Source: a virus
Lineage: Duplodnaviria; Caudoviricetes
IMG/VR virus record: IMGVR_UViG_3300010236_000014
Coordinates: 1-26,586 of that record
Reading direction: 5' to 3' (one strand)
DNA: 26,586 nt
The translations under genes were made by a program, and so were the position numbers. Position 1 is the first letter of the stretch. Each line of letters begins with the position of its first letter. Positions 8,654 to 17,070 of the stretch are shown in pieces. The notes below the pieces were generated by a model. The model was not told the DNA's origin and made no database searches. It saw nothing but the letters and a program-made list of their open reading frames with translations.

Positions 8654-10664
8654 ACCGCTCCTCTCCTGTATCAAAAGCATTCATCGCACTCTTTATTTTC
8701 TGCTGTGCTTTCACTTCGGACATAAACTCTGACATCTCTCTCGCCTTCTCATAAACAAGGTTCATAAAGTCGGGTGAGTTCTGTAACTGTTCAACCATTT
8801 TGGAAGCCTCTGTCCGAACAGCCTCTTTGAACTCATCAGTCTCATACATCTTATCCCTATGGCTGACTTCTTGAGCCAGTGCCTTGTCGCCCATAAGCGT
8901 GAACCAACGCCTGAATAAAAGACGCATTTCTCTTGTCGTGATAGCACCAGACTGGATAGCGGGCTGTATGTTTTGGAACATAATATTCATCTGGTGTATC
9001 TTCAGGTCTGACATCGCTTGCGTATGGAAATTGACACCGACATCATAAAATCCGAGTATATCCTCGCCCTTTATTTCCATTGCCTGTCCCTCGCCGATAA
9101 TGTCGTTGAACATAACATCCTGTTGCGGGTCTATGTAATGATTTATATATGCCAGCCAGTGAGCAAATACCTGCTTAAAAACAGACTCACGCAACTTCTC
9201 AAAAATAAACATCCTGAAATTGTTAAGCCCCTGTGCTGCTATGGCGGCTGCGGTAGCAGTCTTTGCAGAAGTCGGCGAATTGAAAACACCAGCCGTATTT
9301 ACAGATACCCTTGACGCTCTCTGCTCCTCAATATCCGCTATCTGTAATACCTGCTGAACACCAAACGGATAGGGATTAGGCTGTAAGACGCTTATGGCGG
9401 AACGTGCGTCACCGTCTACCTTGTAAACAGTGCCAGGCAGGTTCTCCTGTAGCTTGCTGTATTCAAACGGGTCTGTTATCTGCATTCTATTGACGACCTT
9501 CTCACCGAGGTTTACACGTGAAACATAATCTATAAGCGACCGCCACAGAGTAGTTACGATTTTCGGGAAATCACCGATAGTGGTCATCATACCCTCGCCA
9601 CCCTTTTCACGGTTGTGCTTGATATAATAGGCAAGAATATAGGGAAACTTTACACCCCTGATTTTATCGTAAGGTCTGATAGATAACAGGTAGTCTCTCG
9701 TAAAAATAGCCTCCACCATTTCAGTCATCCCGTCGCCGTCAAGGTCATATTCACCTATCCAGCGATAGACATCGAACTCTTCACGTGCGTGCTTATTCGC
9801 ATAGTCATCTATCACATAGTAAATATCGGTAGTGTCCCAGTCAGCAGTCGTGTTAACGTCTCTGTTGTTTTCCAGTTTTTCAAAATATAATTTCTCAATC
9901 CATTTGTCGACATTCTTTAACTGTAACTGCGACTTCTTGTTATACTTAATATCCTGCTTGCGAACATCAGATAAAGTCATCCTCATCTTTTCCGCCCACC
10001 ACCGTATATCACTCGGTCTCTTGGCTGTAATATCAAAAAATACATCCCTTATATCCAGAACCGTTGCGTCTGGTCTGTCTTCAATGATTATCGTCTTGGT
10101 AACATTTATGTTTTCTATAACACCCGTCTCTTCATTAAGTGTCCCGCCTTCTATTTCAACTCCCAGATTAGTCATCTCTTCTACAAATTCAGGATACTTT
10201 TCCTGCGGAATATCGAGCTTCTCACGCTCAATATCAAAATCAAAACGCCAGCCCGTTTTAACACATACCATACCCTCAATGACAGCAGAACGGACTACTT
10301 CCTCGGAAAACTCGTGCCTGTTGAACTGCCTTGACCAGACATAGTTCATATACTTGCCCATTAACCGTGCCTGCTCATCACTTGAAGTATTCCTTGGGTA
10401 GAAATGTGCGGGTTCATCCTCACCGACAAAGTCGTTGACAAGCTCTGCAATCATATTATCAGCCATTTGCTTGGCATGTCTGACTACGACTTGGCTTCTG
10501 TTTTTAGGTTTCACATAATCAGCTTTGTATATCTTGATAGCCTCGTCAAGTGCAGTATAGTATGGGTTCATGTTGGTCTCGGCATCGTCTATCAGGGTCG
10601 TGAAATCTTGGAGATATTTCTGCTCCTCGTTATACTCTTTCACATTTTCATTGATTTCTTTCAT
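8646..10664 (-). CDS. Portal protein (P22/N4-like podoviral type)
   Basis: 672 aa directly after the large terminase; G.VCVKTGW, DVFFD, DLDGDG and KTATAA motifs. Confidence 0.88.
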   Translation of the reverse strand: MKEINENVKEYNEEQKYLQDFTTLIDDAETNMNPYYTALDEAIKIYKADYVKPKNRSQVVVRHAKQMADNMIAELVNDFVGEDEPAHFYPRNTSSDEQARLMGKYMNYVWSRQFNRHEFSEEVVRSAVIEGMVCVKTGWRFDFDIEREKLDIPQEKYPEFVEEMTNLGVEIEGGTLNEETGVIENINVTKTIIIEDRPDATVLDIRDVFFDITAKRPSDIRWWAEKMRMTLSDVRKQDIKYNKKSQLQLKNVDKWIEKLYFEKLENNRDVNTTADWDTTDIYYVIDDYANKHAREEFDVYRWIGEYDLDGDGMTEMVEAIFTRDYLLSIRPYDKIRGVKFPYILAYYIKHNREKGGEGMMTTIGDFPKIVTTLWRSLIDYVSRVNLGEKVVNRMQITDPFEYSKLQENLPGTVYKVDGDARSAISVLQPNPYPFGVQQVLQIADIEEQRASRVSVNTAGVFNSPTSAKTATAAAIAAQGLNNFRMFIFEKLRESVFKQVFAHWLAYINHYIDPQQDVMFNDIIGEGQAMEIKGEDILGFYDVGVNFHTQAMSDLKIHQMNIMFQNIQPAIQSGAITTREMRLLFRRWFTLMGDKALAQEVSHRDKMYETDEFKEAVRTEASKMVEQLQNSPDFMNLVYEKAREMSEFMSEVKAQQKIKSAMNAFDTGEERYV

Positions 10665-10672
10665 TTCCCTCC

Positions 10673-12187
10673 TTAAATATTTATGTAGACATTAGCAACT
10701 TGATTATACTGGTCATCGTAATGTCCCCACTTTATCTTACCGGTATCTTCCATAAAAGAACCACCACCATACAGCCTGATTAACTGCGGTATATATGCAA
10801 GTGTGTCCAGAATATCGTCGTGCGTATTGTCTTTTGTCGGCGACCATACAGACATCTCGTGCGTAAGGTCTGCCAGCCATTTTGGATTATCATCAGGGAC
10901 AAAAACAACACCGGTATTTAGTGGTGTTTCCAATCCGATGATACGCTCTGTTTTTCTTACCCCTCTCGGCTTCAATGCTTCTATCTTGTAAAAGATACCG
11001 TGCTCATATCGGTATCTTTCGGCAGCCTCAAGAAAAGTCCGCTGGTATCCGACATCCTCTATACCCACAATCGGGTCATACATTCTAGCAATCTCTTCCA
11101 AAATCTCCAGCTTCCTCGGCTCCGACCACCTGCCGTGCCGTATATCCAGAATATACCACCGCTCGACAATCGTTTCATTGTGCATATCCCTTGTAACAGC
11201 AACAGTGGTCATAACATCGTAGTCATTGCCCTCTTTACCGCCAGACTGCAGGTCTACCGGTGTGTAAACCCTTGCTCTTGCCAGCTTTTTCATAACCTCG
11301 TTGCGATTAAACTTGCGTAACTTCTCCGGATTAAGGACTTGCATAGCAATTGGTGAAGGGTCGCACATAATCTCCGCATAAAACATCGCAAGTGCCGTAG
11401 AACCTTCTCGTTCAGCCCGCTCTCTGTCAAGCTCAATCTCCCGAAACGGGCGTCTTGCTTCCCATAATGCCGTGCCGTCATCCTTAATACTTGAAAAGAA
11501 GATTGACGGGACATTCGGGTCTTTGTGCAACCGCCATATCAGGCTGTCTTCGTGTGGCGGTGTCCCGATAAACCAAATCTTTCCAAGTATGGCGTCTTTT
11601 GAATAATAGACTTCTGACCAAAAGGTCTTATAAATCTTTTTTCTGATAGTCTCGCTCTCCCTGACTTCCTTTCCCTCGTAGTCATCGTGGATAATCAGTG
11701 TCGGGCGGATACTCGCAATGTTCAATCCCCTCGGGTCTTGGTCTGCACCTATCGCAATAACGACAATAAAGTCCCTGTCGCCAGAACCAGTCTTAATATG
11801 CACCTGATAGGCGTTATCAGTCCAGCCAGTTGGGATAGACAGGTGGTAAAATTTAGAGAAAAGCCTGTTATCCTTGATTTCTTTACGTATTGTGGCAAGA
11901 AAATTGGCGGCATCGTCTTTTTTCTTTGAGAATACGACAATACATCGCTCTTGTCTGTATGCGATACGCTTCAAAACCTGCTTATACAGGGTAACATTCG
12001 TTGTTTTGCCAACATCACGTGGTGCAATTGCGACCGCTAACTGCGGGTTTTCGTTAAAAAAGTCGTTTATCTGTTGGTGGAACGGTTGTGAGGGCAATTC
12101 AAAGGCATGAGGAAAGAATTTTTCGAAGTTTTCGTCTTTGTAAAACTCTAAATATAGATTTTTTATGTCCTCATGTGAATATTTCAA
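10673..12187 (-). CDS. terL: Terminase large subunit
   Basis: Walker A APRDVGKTT, Walker B LIIHDDYE, IGTP, nuclease PVD..DYD and HDDILDTL. Confidence 0.93.
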   Translation of the reverse strand: MKYSHEDIKNLYLEFYKDENFEKFFPHAFELPSQPFHQQINDFFNENPQLAVAIAPRDVGKTTNVTLYKQVLKRIAYRQERCIVVFSKKKDDAANFLATIRKEIKDNRLFSKFYHLSIPTGWTDNAYQVHIKTGSGDRDFIVVIAIGADQDPRGLNIASIRPTLIIHDDYEGKEVRESETIRKKIYKTFWSEVYYSKDAILGKIWFIGTPPHEDSLIWRLHKDPNVPSIFFSSIKDDGTALWEARRPFREIELDRERAEREGSTALAMFYAEIMCDPSPIAMQVLNPEKLRKFNRNEVMKKLARARVYTPVDLQSGGKEGNDYDVMTTVAVTRDMHNETIVERWYILDIRHGRWSEPRKLEILEEIARMYDPIVGIEDVGYQRTFLEAAERYRYEHGIFYKIEALKPRGVRKTERIIGLETPLNTGVVFVPDDNPKWLADLTHEMSVWSPTKDNTHDDILDTLAYIPQLIRLYGGGSFMEDTGKIKWGHYDDQYNQVANVYINI

Positions 12188-12190
12188 GCC

Positions 12191-12610
12191 TTATTCCCCC
12201 AAAATATCCTCGGTATTCTCACGTATAATGTCCTCGTCTTTGTCTGACAACTTCTTCACTGGCTTCTGCAACAGCTTAGACACCTCGTCAAGACATAATT
12301 CAAGCTCGTGCTCTTCCAGCTTATCCTCAATAGTGTTCTTCCACAAACCTTCCTGTTTCAATTTGTCTCTGATGAAGTTAGCAGACCCCTCTTTCGTGAT
12401 ACCAAGGTTCTCTAACCGATATTTATAATAATTCCTGATTAAATCCCATTGTCTGAACTGCTCTTTCGTGAGGCTGTCTAAGGCTCTGTCCCATTCGTCT
12501 TTCCCTATCTTCTCCGATAAGAGATACTCCTCATAATAAACAGCGTCAGGATTGCCCTCATACCATTCAAGCATTCCTTTAAGTATCCTGTCCTTTTCAG
12601 CCTTATTCAT
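12191..12610 (-). CDS. Putative terminase small subunit
   Basis: 139 aa helical protein immediately upstream of terL and first gene after a promoter. Confidence 0.6.
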   Translation of the reverse strand: MNKAEKDRILKGMLEWYEGNPDAVYYEEYLLSEKIGKDEWDRALDSLTKEQFRQWDLIRNYYKYRLENLGITKEGSANFIRDKLKQEGLWKNTIEDKLEEHELELCLDEVSKLLQKPVKKLSDKDEDIIRENTEDILGE

Positions 12611-12642
12611 ATATCACCCCGAAATCTATTATTGTTAGCATA

Positions 12643-12671
12643 ATTATAACATAAAAACGCAAGGTTGTCAA
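12643..12671 (-). promoter_or_regulatory. Sigma70/SigA-type promoter of the packaging/structural operon
   Basis: Minus strand TTGACA-17 bp-TATAAT with a TG extended -10. Confidence 0.85.
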
Positions 12672-12677
12672 GTGATA

Positions 12678-12713
12678 TGTTACCAATGGTAACAGTTGTG
12701 TCTATTGGTTACA
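12678..12713. promoter_or_regulatory. Tandem 17 bp dyad sites upstream of the -35
   Basis: TGTTACCA-A-TGGTAACA perfect dyad (12678-12694) plus degenerate TGTGTCTATTGGTTACA (12697-12713). Confidence 0.6.
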
Positions 12714-12730
12714 CTTTGAGTGAAGGGGAA

Positions 12731-12753
12731 AGCCCACCGAGAACCGATGGGCT
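12731..12753 (-). terminator. Probable intrinsic terminator of the 15472-12760 operon
   Basis: Minus strand AGCCCATCG-GTTCT-CGGTGGGCT (one G-U pair) followed by TTCCCCTTC; weak U-tract. Confidence 0.55.
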
Positions 12754-12759
12754 CGTGTA

Positions 12760-12945
12760 TCAGTCTGTTTCCAGTCTCAGGATGAGGTCACCGTCTGTGT
12801 CGAACTTTAAGTCTACGAGAACGACATCGTTCATCATCTCATAATCGTATTCAGTTACAAGCATATTCTCCATAATCATATTGAACAGCTCTTCTCTGGA
12901 TACGGTTATCTTATAAAGTCGCTTAATTTCCCTCTTCATTGTCAA
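12760..12945 (-). CDS. Hypothetical protein
   Basis: 61 aa ORF preceded by AGGAAGGG; last gene of the operon. Confidence 0.6.
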   Translation of the reverse strand: MTMKREIKRLYKITVSREELFNMIMENMLVTEYDYEMMNDVVLVDLKFDTDGDLILRLETD

Positions 12946-12967
12946 CGCCCTTCCTGTAGCTGTATGG

Positions 12968-13360
12968 TTATTTAGCCAGATACGTGTTCCCGTGAACCGT
13001 CAATAAATACGGTGCAACGCCATATTCATTTATTGGTTCTACTGTAAACAGTGCGTGTCCATCGACAATATCCTTGATATCAGGATTTGACGAATGCCAA
13101 CACTCGTCTTTATTGATTTTGTATGTCTCTCCGTCAATATCAACTCGCAAATATTGTCTATTCTCAATAAAATCAATGAGTTTATTTTCCATTATCTCAC
13201 CTCCTTCCCCTTCCTCCAACATCTCTTCAAGCTCTTCCAATGCCTGTTCACACGCCTGTGCAGGGTCTGTATAAATCACGGAAGGCATTTCTTCGAGAGA
13301 GTCGTAATACATCTTCAGTCTTGTTATAAGTCTCATCAACACTTCAATCATCTGTCTCAT
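12968..13360 (-). CDS. Hypothetical protein with a second in-frame start at 13192
   Basis: 130 aa ORF; internal AAGGAGGTG RBS precedes MENKLIDF. Confidence 0.55.
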   Translation of the reverse strand: MRQMIEVLMRLITRLKMYYDSLEEMPSVIYTDPAQACEQALEELEEMLEEGEGGEIMENKLIDFIENRQYLRVDIDGETYKINKDECWHSSNPDIKDIVDGHALFTVEPINEYGVAPYLLTVHGNTYLAK

Positions 13361-13787
13361 TTCTCCCCCAATCTGCGTTGATAACCATAATGCTTAACCC
13401 TTCCTTCTCTGGGTCATCTGTCCAGTGTTTCGAAGCCTCTATACTGCACACCTGACTGTCGTCGTGATATGCGACATTGTTAAGTCCGTCAAGAACAGAC
13501 TTTATAATGTTGTCTATATCAGGCTTATTCAGGAACCAAGCAAATGCCTTGACTAATTTTCTAACCAATTTCTTGCTATAAGACTTCGGGGTCATAAAGT
13601 ATGCCGACAAAGAAATATGCACAGGTGTTCCCTCTTCGTAGTATTTACCGTCTTCATTCGCATATGCTGTTGCTATTGACTTCTCATAATCTTTTGTTTT
13701 CTTCGGAGTATAGACCCTGCCGATTTTAGTGAACCGTGGTCTCCCCTTGCCAATAGGCTTCCCCTTAATGAATATCAGTTTTCCCAT
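13344..13787 (-). CDS. rusA: RusA-family Holliday junction resolvase
   Basis: KGRPRF..GRVYTPKKT, KPDIDNIIKSVLDGLN.VAYHDDSQV. Confidence 0.93.
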   Translation of the reverse strand: MGKLIFIKGKPIGKGRPRFTKIGRVYTPKKTKDYEKSIATAYANEDGKYYEEGTPVHISLSAYFMTPKSYSKKLVRKLVKAFAWFLNKPDIDNIIKSVLDGLNNVAYHDDSQVCSIEASKHWTDDPEKEGLSIMVINADWGRNETDD

Positions 13788-14788
13788 TCTTCGACCCAAC
13801 CTCTGAGCACTTCTGCTAACGGCTGAACATCTCCGTCAGTGTGCAACATACTTCCGTCAGGCTTGTAGATAAATGCCGATGAATTACCGACACATCTTGC
13901 AAAACCGTTTTCTCTTGCATACTCATCCCTGATTTTATAAGTCCCAAGACACACCGCATATCTTACTTTTCCGTGTCTGACAAACGGTCTGATTAAGGAC
14001 GCTCTGTGCTCGTGTCCCGCCACCGCAACGTCGTAATCATAATCCCCACGCTCCCAATTGACTTCCGCTCCGTGTGTGGGATTGTAAAGGCTTTTGTATT
14101 TGAACTTATGCCTGACTATCCACTTCTGATTGACAGCACCGCCCCTCACGGTAAACCTTGCCTCATCTCTCGCATACAGAATGTTCCAGCCGTCCACAAG
14201 CGTCTTGATATAATCAACCCCAGACAGCTTGTAAGTCCAGTTATCATGGTTACCTGTTACGCATACGATTATGCGTTCTTTCATTTTATTCAGGAACCAT
14301 TCCACAAGTTTTATTTCGTGTGCGTGTGTGGTCGGTTGATTAGTTTGGATAGACTGTAATTTCCCGATGATAAAGTTGTCGAACAAATCTCCGGACAAGA
14401 ACACATACAGCCTCGGAGTATTCAAGATAGTGTTCATATCTTTTTCAAGTGCGTCGATGTCTATCTTCCCGCCAAAGTGAATGTCAGAGATATTGACAAT
14501 CCCAAATGGTGCATTCCCAAAATCTATAACCTGACTGTTCTCATCACTACTCTTCTGCTTCGCTCTCTCACACAGCTTACGCATATATGGGAGTATCTCT
14601 TCCTCCACCTCAACGTGGTCAACAGGTTTCAGTCCCGATATAGACACCTGCATTTCCATATTCCTGACGAACCGCATATATCTGGACATTGTATCATCGG
14701 AAACCCCAAGCCTTTTCTGTGCCTCTTCAAGCCCATACTCTTCAACGAGTGTCTTGACTTCTTTTATTTTTTCTTTCCCGATAGGCAC
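13775..14788 (-). CDS. Calcineurin-like metallophosphoesterase with N-terminal HTH-like segment
   Basis: SDIHFG, GDLFD, GNHD, RH and GHEH motifs; GTG start after GGAGG. Confidence 0.85.
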   Translation of the reverse strand: MPIGKEKIKEVKTLVEEYGLEEAQKRLGVSDDTMSRYMRFVRNMEMQVSISGLKPVDHVEVEEEILPYMRKLCERAKQKSSDENSQVIDFGNAPFGIVNISDIHFGGKIDIDALEKDMNTILNTPRLYVFLSGDLFDNFIIGKLQSIQTNQPTTHAHEIKLVEWFLNKMKERIIVCVTGNHDNWTYKLSGVDYIKTLVDGWNILYARDEARFTVRGGAVNQKWIVRHKFKYKSLYNPTHGAEVNWERGDYDYDVAVAGHEHRASLIRPFVRHGKVRYAVCLGTYKIRDEYARENGFARCVGNSSAFIYKPDGSMLHTDGDVQPLAEVLRGWVEEWEN

Positions 14789-14789
14789 G

Positions 14790-15137
14790 TCAGTCCTCCA
14801 TTTCTGCCCAATTTACAAGGTCAGGGATATTGGTGAAAATAGGGATGCCTCTTTTTCGTGCTATCTTCATCTCCTTTAGCGTGCCCTTGCTGTCCTCGTA
14901 ACCTGGCAGTAAAATCATGGCGTCTGCCATTTTCAGCCATTCTGCGTTCGGCTCAAAATACATATCATAGGTGTAATCGCCATACATAATCCCAAGGAGA
15001 AAATCAGCCGCCGGATTATACGGCGCAAATCCAAGCCGTATCAACTCGTTTTGATACATAAAGAAACTGTGCATGTTGTTTAAGTGTTCAGTCCCATAAT
15101 CTGAAATCTTGCCAGCGATATAGACTTTATAAATCAT
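14790..15137 (-). CDS. DUF4406 / nucleoside 2-deoxyribosyltransferase-like protein
   Basis: KVYIAGKIS, YNPA, ADAMILLPGYEDSKGTLKE; AGGAGG then ATG 15137 overlapping the upstream stop. Confidence 0.8.
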   Translation of the reverse strand: MIYKVYIAGKISDYGTEHLNNMHSFFMYQNELIRLGFAPYNPAADFLLGIMYGDYTYDMYFEPNAEWLKMADAMILLPGYEDSKGTLKEMKIARKRGIPIFTNIPDLVNWAEMED

Positions 15138-15472
15138 TTGCTCCTCCTGTCCTCGTTCCGGATATTCATAACGAATAGTAGGTTTGTAACACACATATCC
15201 AAATGCGGAAAACCGCTGTCCTCGTCAACCTCGTTGCCCTTCATAATCTCCATAAGATGACGCCAGAAGGCTTTCCAATATCTTGTCCGTGTCAAATCTT
15301 CTAACCCGACATACTTCCAGTTATCATCGTCATATTTCTTTGCCCCGTATTCAAGGACATCAACAATCTGCTCCAACTCAGTGGCGAGCGCCTTTGTCAA
15401 TAAAAGCCAGTTCTTCTTCCCGTCATCATACTTGACACCCCTGCCACCACACTCAGGACACCCTAAATCCAT
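15134..15472 (-). CDS. dATP/dGTP diphosphohydrolase-domain protein (DUF5664-like)
   Basis: GVKYDDGK, VLEYGAKKYDDDNWK, RHL, DEDSGFPHL; GGAGGT before ATG 15472; N-terminal CPEC. Confidence 0.85.
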   Translation of the reverse strand: MDLGCPECGGRGVKYDDGKKNWLLLTKALATELEQIVDVLEYGAKKYDDDNWKYVGLEDLTRTRYWKAFWRHLMEIMKGNEVDEDSGFPHLDMCVTNLLFVMNIRNEDRRSK

Positions 15473-15491
15473 GTTACCACCTCCATAATTA

Positions 15492-15520
15492 ACTATAATG
15501 ACAAATGAAAATAATGTCAA
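15492..15520 (-). promoter_or_regulatory. Leftward sigma70-type promoter
   Basis: Minus strand TTGACA-17 bp-TATAGT just upstream of the RBS. Confidence 0.8.
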
Positions 15521-15732
15521 GTAGTAATCTTAAAATGTTGCAGTCGTTCTTAAAAAATATGCCCGTCTACGCATTAAGACAACATCGCTACCTAGCCGTA
15601 GAGATAAACACCCCGTAGAAACGCTCAAACACCCCTTAAAATCCATTCCTTGCCCAGAGTCGGTAAATGTGTCACCAAAAATAGAAAGGGCTGTTTTTAC
15701 CCCCTTTTTGACGTCCACAGTTCAGGGGCTCC

Positions 15733-15850
15733 CCATTTGCAGATTTCAACGCTTCCATTTGCAGTTTTCACCCCTTCCATTTGCAAATTTCACCGCATGT
15801 ATATATATATAATATATACAGATAATAATACAGATAATAATCCATATAGG
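15733..15850 (+). repeat. Intergenic second copy of the iteron origin (3 x 22 bp, AT-rich tract, 12 bp repeats)
   Basis: CCATTTGCAGATTTCAACGCTT / CCATTTGCAGTTTTCACCCCTT / CCATTTGCAAATTTCACCGCAT, then a TATA tract and ACAGATAATAAT x2; same layout as 21554-21670. Confidence 0.85.
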
Positions 15851-15904
15851 AAACGGATTATTTTTACCTTCAGTATTGGTTCTGGATGATAAAGCCTTGC
15901 CCTG

Positions 15905-16075
15905 AACCTGTCAGGTTTTTGGTAAGAAAAATTTAGTCCGGAGGGTTCTCTTCTCCCTCGCACCCCCTACCCCCCGCCTGCCCCCCCCTGGGGGTTCTTC
16001 TCCCTGTCAGGAATGTAAAGTTAGCTTTACGTAGAGCGTTGGGGTGGTGAAGGAAATACTGGATCCCTTCACCCC
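15905..16075. other. C-run and dyad-rich non-coding segment; candidate genome terminus or packaging site
   Basis: CCCCCTACCCCCCGCCTGCCCCCCCC, CCTGTCAGG x2, TCTTCTCCCT x2, hairpins GTAAAG/CTTTAC and GGTGAAGG/CCTTCACC. Confidence 0.35.
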
Positions 16076-16191
16076 GTCCCTTCTCAGAAATCAAGCCTTA
16101 TCTATATGTTAATGTTAGTTATGATATATATTATTATCACTGGCCCAACTCTCCCTGGATAAACTTTTTTTATTTTTTTCTCATTTTTCCC

Positions 16192-16220
16192 TTGACAAGG
16201 GGTTGAGTTGGCCGTATACT
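16192..16220 (+). promoter_or_regulatory. Early sigma70-type promoter with upstream T-tracts (UP-like)
   Basis: TTGACA-17 bp-TATACT followed by AAGGAGGT. Confidence 0.85.
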
Positions 16221-16245
16221 ATATTAGTAACAAGGAGGTAAAGGA

Positions 16246-16488
16246 ATGAGAACTACTCAGGCAAAAGTCGAGGAAGCAATGGCAGAGGTCAACCGTGGAA
16301 AACCCGACGATAGGAAATGGATCCTGAAGAATTTTGTTGTCTTCGAACGCTCCGGCGGCGGTTATGTTTGGGCATCACGCCCGTATGATGATCACCGCCT
16401 CGAGAACGTCCGGTGGTATATCGGGCGCAACGGTGGTGATCTCTATTTTTACGGAGGCCGCTACTATGTTGAGGAGGTAAAGGAATGA
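16246..16488 (+). CDS. Early hypothetical protein
   Basis: 80 aa with strong RBS; first gene after the promoter. Confidence 0.75.
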   Translation: MRTTQAKVEEAMAEVNRGKPDDRKWILKNFVVFERSGGGYVWASRPYDDHRLENVRWYIGRNGGDLYFYGGRYYVEEVKE

Positions 16489-16568
16489 CTGGATTAATCG
16501 TTGGACTGCTAATTGTAATCAGTATCTTGACCCTGGCCATCTACGAGGCCGGAAACAAAAGGAGGTAA
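16485..16568 (+). CDS. 27 aa membrane micropeptide
   Basis: MTGLIVGLLIVISILTLAIYEAGNKRR; AGGAGGT RBS and ATGA overlap. Confidence 0.65.
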   Translation: MTGLIVGLLIVISILTLAIYEAGNKRR

Positions 16569-16572
16569 GAAC

Positions 16573-16752
16573 ATGAGAAAACAGTTTGTAAAAGATAGGT
16601 GGATGTCCTCACACGCTGACTTTATGGCTGCGATGGACCCCGATGAAGTCCGTGATTTATGCCCGTGGCAAGCGGTCATCGTAGAAGTTACAGGCGGGTG
16701 GATGGTCTTTGAAAGCCTAGACGACTATGAAGTCTGGGCAAAGCAAGAGTAA
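16573..16752 (+). CDS. 59 aa early hypothetical protein
   Basis: MRKQFVK...CPWQAVIVEVTGGWMVFESLDDYEVWAKQE; AAGGAGGT RBS. Confidence 0.75.
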   Translation: MRKQFVKDRWMSSHADFMAAMDPDEVRDLCPWQAVIVEVTGGWMVFESLDDYEVWAKQE

Positions 16753-16774
16753 GCCTGAAGCCGTTCTATTATGG

Positions 16775-16794
16775 GGAGGCCTTGCGGGGCCTCC
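16775..16794 (+). terminator. Intergenic hairpin (terminator or processing site)
   Basis: GGAGGCC-TTGCGG-GGCCTCC; no U-tract. Confidence 0.4.
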
Positions 16795-16818
16795 ATGTAA
16801 CAGAATGGAGGTAAAAAA

Positions 16819-16938
16819 ATGAAACCTGACGAACTTAGTAGCTGGACGGTCGAGGGGCTGAAAAGAGTTCTTGCGGCAATCGAAGAGTTGGAAGAAGCTG
16901 GCACGTTGGAAGACTGGGAAGAGGACGGGCAAGAATGA
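16819..16938 (+). CDS. 39 aa acidic peptide
   Basis: MKPDELSSWTVEGLKRVLAAIEELEEAGTLEDWEEDGQE; GGAGGT RBS. Confidence 0.65.
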   Translation: MKPDELSSWTVEGLKRVLAAIEELEEAGTLEDWEEDGQE

Positions 16939-17060
16939 CAAGGCGTAAGGCATGGAGAGATTTCAGGCGGGGGCTTGTAACAGTCCTCAAAGAGCTCCTC
17001 TTTTTCGGAGCTATGACGACGGTTTTTTATTTGATAGTCTGGGGGCTGTCAAAAATTTAA
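16935..17060 (+). CDS. 41 aa membrane micropeptide
   Basis: MTRRKAWRDFRRGLVTVLKELLFFGAMTTVFYLIVWGLSKI; ATGA overlap. Confidence 0.55.
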   Translation: MTRRKAWRDFRRGLVTVLKELLFFGAMTTVFYLIVWGLSKI

Positions 17061-17070
17061 GGAGGTAAAT

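Noticed and set aside
739-14836. Many plus-strand ORFs over the left arm (and minus-strand ORFs over the right arm)
   Set aside because: They are antisense shadows of well-supported genes, lacking RBSs and showing Ser/Phe-rich antisense composition.
15733-15798. Possible mini-CRISPR array
   Set aside because: The units are contiguous 22-mers with no spacers and match the iterons in the initiator gene.
15650-15889. 79 aa ORF containing HLQISTLP and TDNNTD, like the initiator
   Set aside because: The similarity is confined to the duplicated origin DNA; it has a TTG start, no RBS and no wHTH, so I treat it as non-coding.
15521-16240. tRNA or structured ncRNA in the junction
   Set aside because: I could not recognise a cloverleaf or T-loop motif, only short local hairpins; a covariance-model search would be needed to exclude one.
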